The notes under the pieces were generated by a model. It searched no databases, was not told the DNA's origin, and saw only the letters and a list, made by a program, of their open reading frames with translations. Made by a program: the position numbers and the translations under genes. This document shows, piece after piece, positions 60,453 through 64,000 of a stretch of 64,000 nt of DNA. The number at the start of each line of letters is the position of its first letter. Within the stretch, counting starts at the first letter, position 1. The stretch is from Bacteroidaceae bacterium (lineage in GTDB: Bacteria; Bacteroidota; Bacteroidia; Bacteroidales; Bacteroidaceae): NCBI GenBank assembly GCA_963639545.1, contig CAVHUZ010000001.1:9646-73645 (forward strand). The letters run 5' to 3'.

Positions 60453-61478
60453 ATGGAAAACTATGTGATTCTGACGCCTCATGACGCAGAAACTTTTGCA
60501 CAACGTCTCTCTGACCTCAAAGACCAGACTACCCGATTTCTATCCGACGAACTTCAAGCCGAGCGCCGCCTTCAATATACCAAGATCTTTCTGAGCGATG
60601 CGCAGAATCAATATCAGCAACTCATCGAGAGCGATCTCTATCAGCAGATCCTCTCTTCATCAGCCATAACCATCGTTGAACAGCCCCCATTGAGCGGAGC
60701 CAAGATTGAGCTCTTGCTCAAAACCGCCGCTGACTCTTCCCATCACATCTTCCAAAGTCTGCGCCTCACCGAGGACGAAACGCATGCAGCCAACAGCTAT
60801 ATGCAGACGGTGATGCTCTTTGAGAAGTATATCAAGTCGTTAGAAGGAACGGGGCTAGATCTGCCCACACACCTAGTGCGTACCTGGATCTATGTTGCTG
60901 ACATTGATGTCAACTATGCTGGTGTGGTCAAGGCACGTAACGACATCTTCCGCCGCTATGGCCTAACAGCCGAGACCCATTATATCGCTAGCACGGGTAT
61001 AGGCGGACGCACCTCCGTAAGGCACGCTTCGGTGGCTATCGACTTCCTCACTATGCCCGAAATTAAGGAAGATGACAAGCTCTATCTGAAGGCCTTGGAT
61101 CACCTGAACCCTACGCACGAGTATGGCGTGGCGTTCGAACGAGGTACGCGTGTGGCGCTATCGGATAGCTACCAGTACTTTATCTCGGGCACGGCAAGTA
61201 TCGATAAGTTTGGCCATGTGGTCTATCTTGGAGACGTACGCCGTCAGACGGAGCGTCTTCTAGAGAATATTGATGCGCTGCTGCACGATGGAGAGGCTTC
61301 GCTTGAGGATGTCCGCTATTTCATTGTTTATCTGCGTGACCTGTCCGACTATCCCTTCGTGAGCCGATACATGCAGCAACGATTCCCCGATAAGCCTACC
61401 ATCATTGTTGAGGCTAAGGTCTGCCGACCACAATGGCTTATTGAGATGGAATGTGTGGCAAGCCGTAAGAGAGCCTAG
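60453..61478 (+). CDS. Long Rid/YjgF-family protein, FkbO/Hyg5 chorismatase-like
   Basis: RTWIYV, ASTGIG, FERGT, ISGTASI, VCRPQWLIEME. Confidence 0.75.
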   Translation: MENYVILTPHDAETFAQRLSDLKDQTTRFLSDELQAERRLQYTKIFLSDAQNQYQQLIESDLYQQILSSSAITIVEQPPLSGAKIELLLKTAADSSHHIFQSLRLTEDETHAANSYMQTVMLFEKYIKSLEGTGLDLPTHLVRTWIYVADIDVNYAGVVKARNDIFRRYGLTAETHYIASTGIGGRTSVRHASVAIDFLTMPEIKEDDKLYLKALDHLNPTHEYGVAFERGTRVALSDSYQYFISGTASIDKFGHVVYLGDVRRQTERLLENIDALLHDGEASLEDVRYFIVYLRDLSDYPFVSRYMQQRFPDKPTIIVEAKVCRPQWLIEMECVASRKRA

Positions 61479-61563
61479 TCTTAATTCAATTGATCTGCTG
61501 AAACGTTTCTTTGGTGAATCAGCAGAGTCAAAATAATGATTGAACGGGTGCTCTTTGATGATA

Positions 61564-61605
61564 AGAATGGGTACTCTAAAACGATAGAATGGGTACTCTA
61601 AAACG
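61564..61605. repeat. 22-bp-period tandem repeat
   Basis: AGAATGGGTACTCTAAAACG at 61564 and 61586, with a degenerate unit upstream. Confidence 0.85.
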
Positions 61606-61718
61606 CAGGGATAGGCATCTATGATTTGGCGATAGATTATCTTTTAGAAATCAGAAAAGGTTCTTTGAAGAGCCAGCAAAGCAGCTTTCATGAAGCCATA
61701 GTAATCCTTTCGTCTTGA

Positions 61719-61778
61719 GAAATAAATTATTTTTCATGTAAAATCAATTTAATTTTCTCCGAAAAATAAATTAAAAGT
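61719..61778. repeat. Dispersed AT-rich triple-box repeat, copy D
   Basis: Boxes at about 61719, 61740 and 61763; 20-bp identity with copy B. Confidence 0.65.
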
Positions 61779-61803
61779 TATCTTCAAACCATTCATATGG
61801 AAA

Positions 61804-61846
61804 CGCAATGGGGGCACGCTTATCATCTAAGCGTGCCCCCATTGCG
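61804..61846. repeat. Perfect 19-bp inverted repeat
   Basis: CGCAATGGGGGCACGCTTA-tcatc-TAAGCGTGCCCCCATTGCG. Confidence 0.85.
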
Positions 61847-61937
61847 ATGTAATCCACCTTTCAGAAGAACCCTTCGAAGGTCAGTTTGATAATCCGTCTG
61901 ACTCGTTCGGTATAATCCGTCAGACCGTATATGATAA

Positions 61938-61982
61938 CAAAAGAAAATCGCTTCCAAAGTCAGATAGACCTTGGAAGCGATT
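61938..61982 (-). terminator. Terminator of the right-hand susCD operon
   Basis: 16-bp stem with one G-U pair on the minus strand, followed by a U-rich tract. Confidence 0.75.
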
Positions 61983-62057
61983 CGCTTATAGATTGATTGA
62001 TGTTGGCTTGTGCTTCCGAGCTAGTCAGAAGCTATACAAGCGCTTCATCGTCTTGGC

Positions 62058-63737
62058 TTATTTGTCCCACCAAACGCGGCTGTAGAACTCATCACCGTGG
62101 TTGAGGCGGCTCACTGCTTCTTCATAGTTGGTCTTGTTAACCTGTGCCTCCTTTGTAGGATAGCGGAAGCGACGAGGAATAGAATAACCATCGTTAGCAG
62201 TAGCACACTGACCATCACGCTGTGCCATCACGTTAGGTGTGAGCACTGGATAGCCTGAACGACGCCAGTTAGCGAACACTTCGTGAGGATCACCGAAGGT
62301 TGTGATGTAGTACTGGGTATTGATCTGCTCAAGCGCCTTAGCTGTATTGAATGGGTTCTTAGCAAGGTATGCGTTGGCATATGCTTCCCATGAACCGTCT
62401 GACAATCCTACAGTAGGATCGTTGTTGAGCGCTTTGAGCGCCTTGTCTGCACTTGGGAACTGAGAGAACTGCTGGAAGGCAGCCTTCACACCTGCGTTGT
62501 AGAACTGCTCTGCGCTACCGCTGATATAACCGCGCTGTGCTGCTTCAGCAAGCAAGAGGTAAGTCTGGGCAGCGGTTACAACGAATGTTGGAGCTGTAGG
62601 ATCTGCATAGGTGTAACGGTTAGGAGTAGAGAAGTGAGCGCTGTAATTGTTCAAGAAGTCGTTGTCATTGAAGCGAGCGTCCGCCTTACCGATGAAGTAT
62701 TCACGGTCAGGGTTGTTTCCGTAGCCGCCCTGGAGCAGACCATCCTGTGTAGCAAAGCTCATATCACCATAGTCGGCAGTGGTCCAGCCCTTCTGAACGT
62801 CAGATACCTGGCTACCTGTAGAAGAGGTTACAACGGTACCGATGGCGCAGATACGTGGATCCTTAGCGTCCTTAAGCAGGTTTACGAAGAACTGGCTGAG
62901 GTAGAACTCGCGGTCCTCGTGAGCGATAATCTTTGCAAATGGCTCTGAAGAGTCGTTAGAGGTAGTACCATCTGAGTGGTTCAAGATTACGTTGTCAGCT
63001 ACATCTGTGATCACGCCGTTAGCGTAAGCCTTAGCAGCGTAGGTCTTAGCGGTAGCTTCATCTACCTTAACAAGGCGCATAGCCAAGCGGAGCATCAGTG
63101 AGTTGGCAAACTTCTTCCACTTAGAAGCGTCGCCCTGGAAGTAGAGGTCGTGCTGACCCATCTTAGCTTCGCCACTGAGTTTGCCTTGAGCCTCGTCTAG
63201 CTCAGCAAGCATACTCTTGTAGATGTCCTCCTGCTTGTCATATACTGGATATGAGTAGAGGCTTGGACGACCTGCCTGAGAGTAAGGAATGTCACCGTAA
63301 AGGTCAGACATCTTAGCAAAAGCGTAGATGCGCATCACACGAGCGATGTTGTAATCTACCTCGTAGCCTTCCTTGTTCGCCCACTGATCGTAGCATGTTG
63401 TCACGTCGCGCATAGCACCACGGTCGCTATTGTAAGTGTCCCAGAAAGATGCTGAGTAGCCATCGCTATAGTTGTAACGGCCATAGCTGTCCCACCAGTC
63501 GATAGAGGTGAGCTGCTGGGTAAACTGAGATGAGTAGATGCAACCTGTACGCCACATATCCCAGTCAGAACCTAATGCTTGGTGTTGTGCATTAGAGAAG
63601 ACCATCTCGTAAGGCACGTTACCCTCGTTGAGGTGCTCGGGGTCGATATTGGTGTCGCCGAAATCGCCGCAACTTGTCATGCCAAGTGAGCCGAGAGCGA
63701 CTACCGAAGCCAATGCAAAATATTTATATTTGTTCAT
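62058..63737 (-). CDS. susD: SusD/RagB family lipoprotein (SusD-like_2 type)
   Basis: Lipobox MTSC; DLYGDIPYSQA, WKKFANSLMLRLAMR, WRRSGYP, IPRRFRYP, RVWWDK. Confidence 0.93.
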   Translation of the reverse strand: MNKYKYFALASVVALGSLGMTSCGDFGDTNIDPEHLNEGNVPYEMVFSNAQHQALGSDWDMWRTGCIYSSQFTQQLTSIDWWDSYGRYNYSDGYSASFWDTYNSDRGAMRDVTTCYDQWANKEGYEVDYNIARVMRIYAFAKMSDLYGDIPYSQAGRPSLYSYPVYDKQEDIYKSMLAELDEAQGKLSGEAKMGQHDLYFQGDASKWKKFANSLMLRLAMRLVKVDEATAKTYAAKAYANGVITDVADNVILNHSDGTTSNDSSEPFAKIIAHEDREFYLSQFFVNLLKDAKDPRICAIGTVVTSSTGSQVSDVQKGWTTADYGDMSFATQDGLLQGGYGNNPDREYFIGKADARFNDNDFLNNYSAHFSTPNRYTYADPTAPTFVVTAAQTYLLLAEAAQRGYISGSAEQFYNAGVKAAFQQFSQFPSADKALKALNNDPTVGLSDGSWEAYANAYLAKNPFNTAKALEQINTQYYITTFGDPHEVFANWRRSGYPVLTPNVMAQRDGQCATANDGYSIPRRFRYPTKEAQVNKTNYEEAVSRLNHGDEFYSRVWWDK

Positions 63738-63764
63738 TGTTGTCAGTTATTTGATAATAGTTGT

Positions 63765-64000
63765 TTAGAATTTCACGTTCACGTTGAAACCGATGTTGCG
63801 GGTTGTTGGGTAACCATTGAGCTCCAAGCCCTGACCATTGGTGTTGTTGATAGATGATTCTGGATCGATGTTAGGAGTGTGCTTGATGATTGTCCAAAGG
63901 TTACGGCCAACCAAGTTGATGCTCAAGCCCTTGATCCAGCTTACGTTCTTAAGTACGCTCTTTGGGAAGGTGTAACCCAATGAGAGCTCGCGGAGCTTCA
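63765..64000 (-). CDS. susC: SusC C-terminal fragment (gene starts beyond the window)
   Basis: KLRELSLGY..LVGRNLW..IDPES..YPTTRNIGFNVNVKF directly upstream of susD. Confidence 0.9.
   Translation of the reverse strand, partial: KLRELSLGYTFPKSVLKNVSWIKGLSINLVGRNLWTIIKHTPNIDPESSINNTNGQGLELNGYPTTRNIGFNVNVKF

Noticed and set aside
61540..61780. CRISPR array
   Set aside because: Units are adjacent with no unique spacers, only two are identical, and no cas genes are present

Overview
Chromosomal window from a Bacteroidales organism, most likely Prevotella-like. The assignment rests on TAnnTTTG -7 promoter boxes, SusC/SusD pairs and the porG-uppS-bamA-skp-murI cluster. Housekeeping content: a partial acyl-CoA ligase, dut-TPR-DUF4292-envC, dgt, pckA, the bamA operon, xpt-xanthine permease, argR and a Rid/chorismatase-like gene. 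Glycan-related content: a susC-susD-lipoprotein triplet with no adjacent enzymes, a spread-out N-glycan-type hydrolase set (three GH92, GH130, GH20, GH29, GH3) and a second susC/susD at the right edge. No rRNA, tRNA, CRISPR array or transposase is visible. Best leads: (1) two convergent paralogous DUF6057 membrane protein + CxxCH beta-propeller lipoprotein modules; (2) an unannotated 193-bp MITE/REPIN-like element in two inverted copies, one holding a nested 65-bp insert in the dgt leader, plus a solo end; (3) a dispersed AT-rich triple box with ~22-bp period in four intergenic regions; (4) an 11-bp phased Pho-box-like array before a TonB receptor-lipoprotein pair. Family names come from motif recognition and were not confirmed by database searches.
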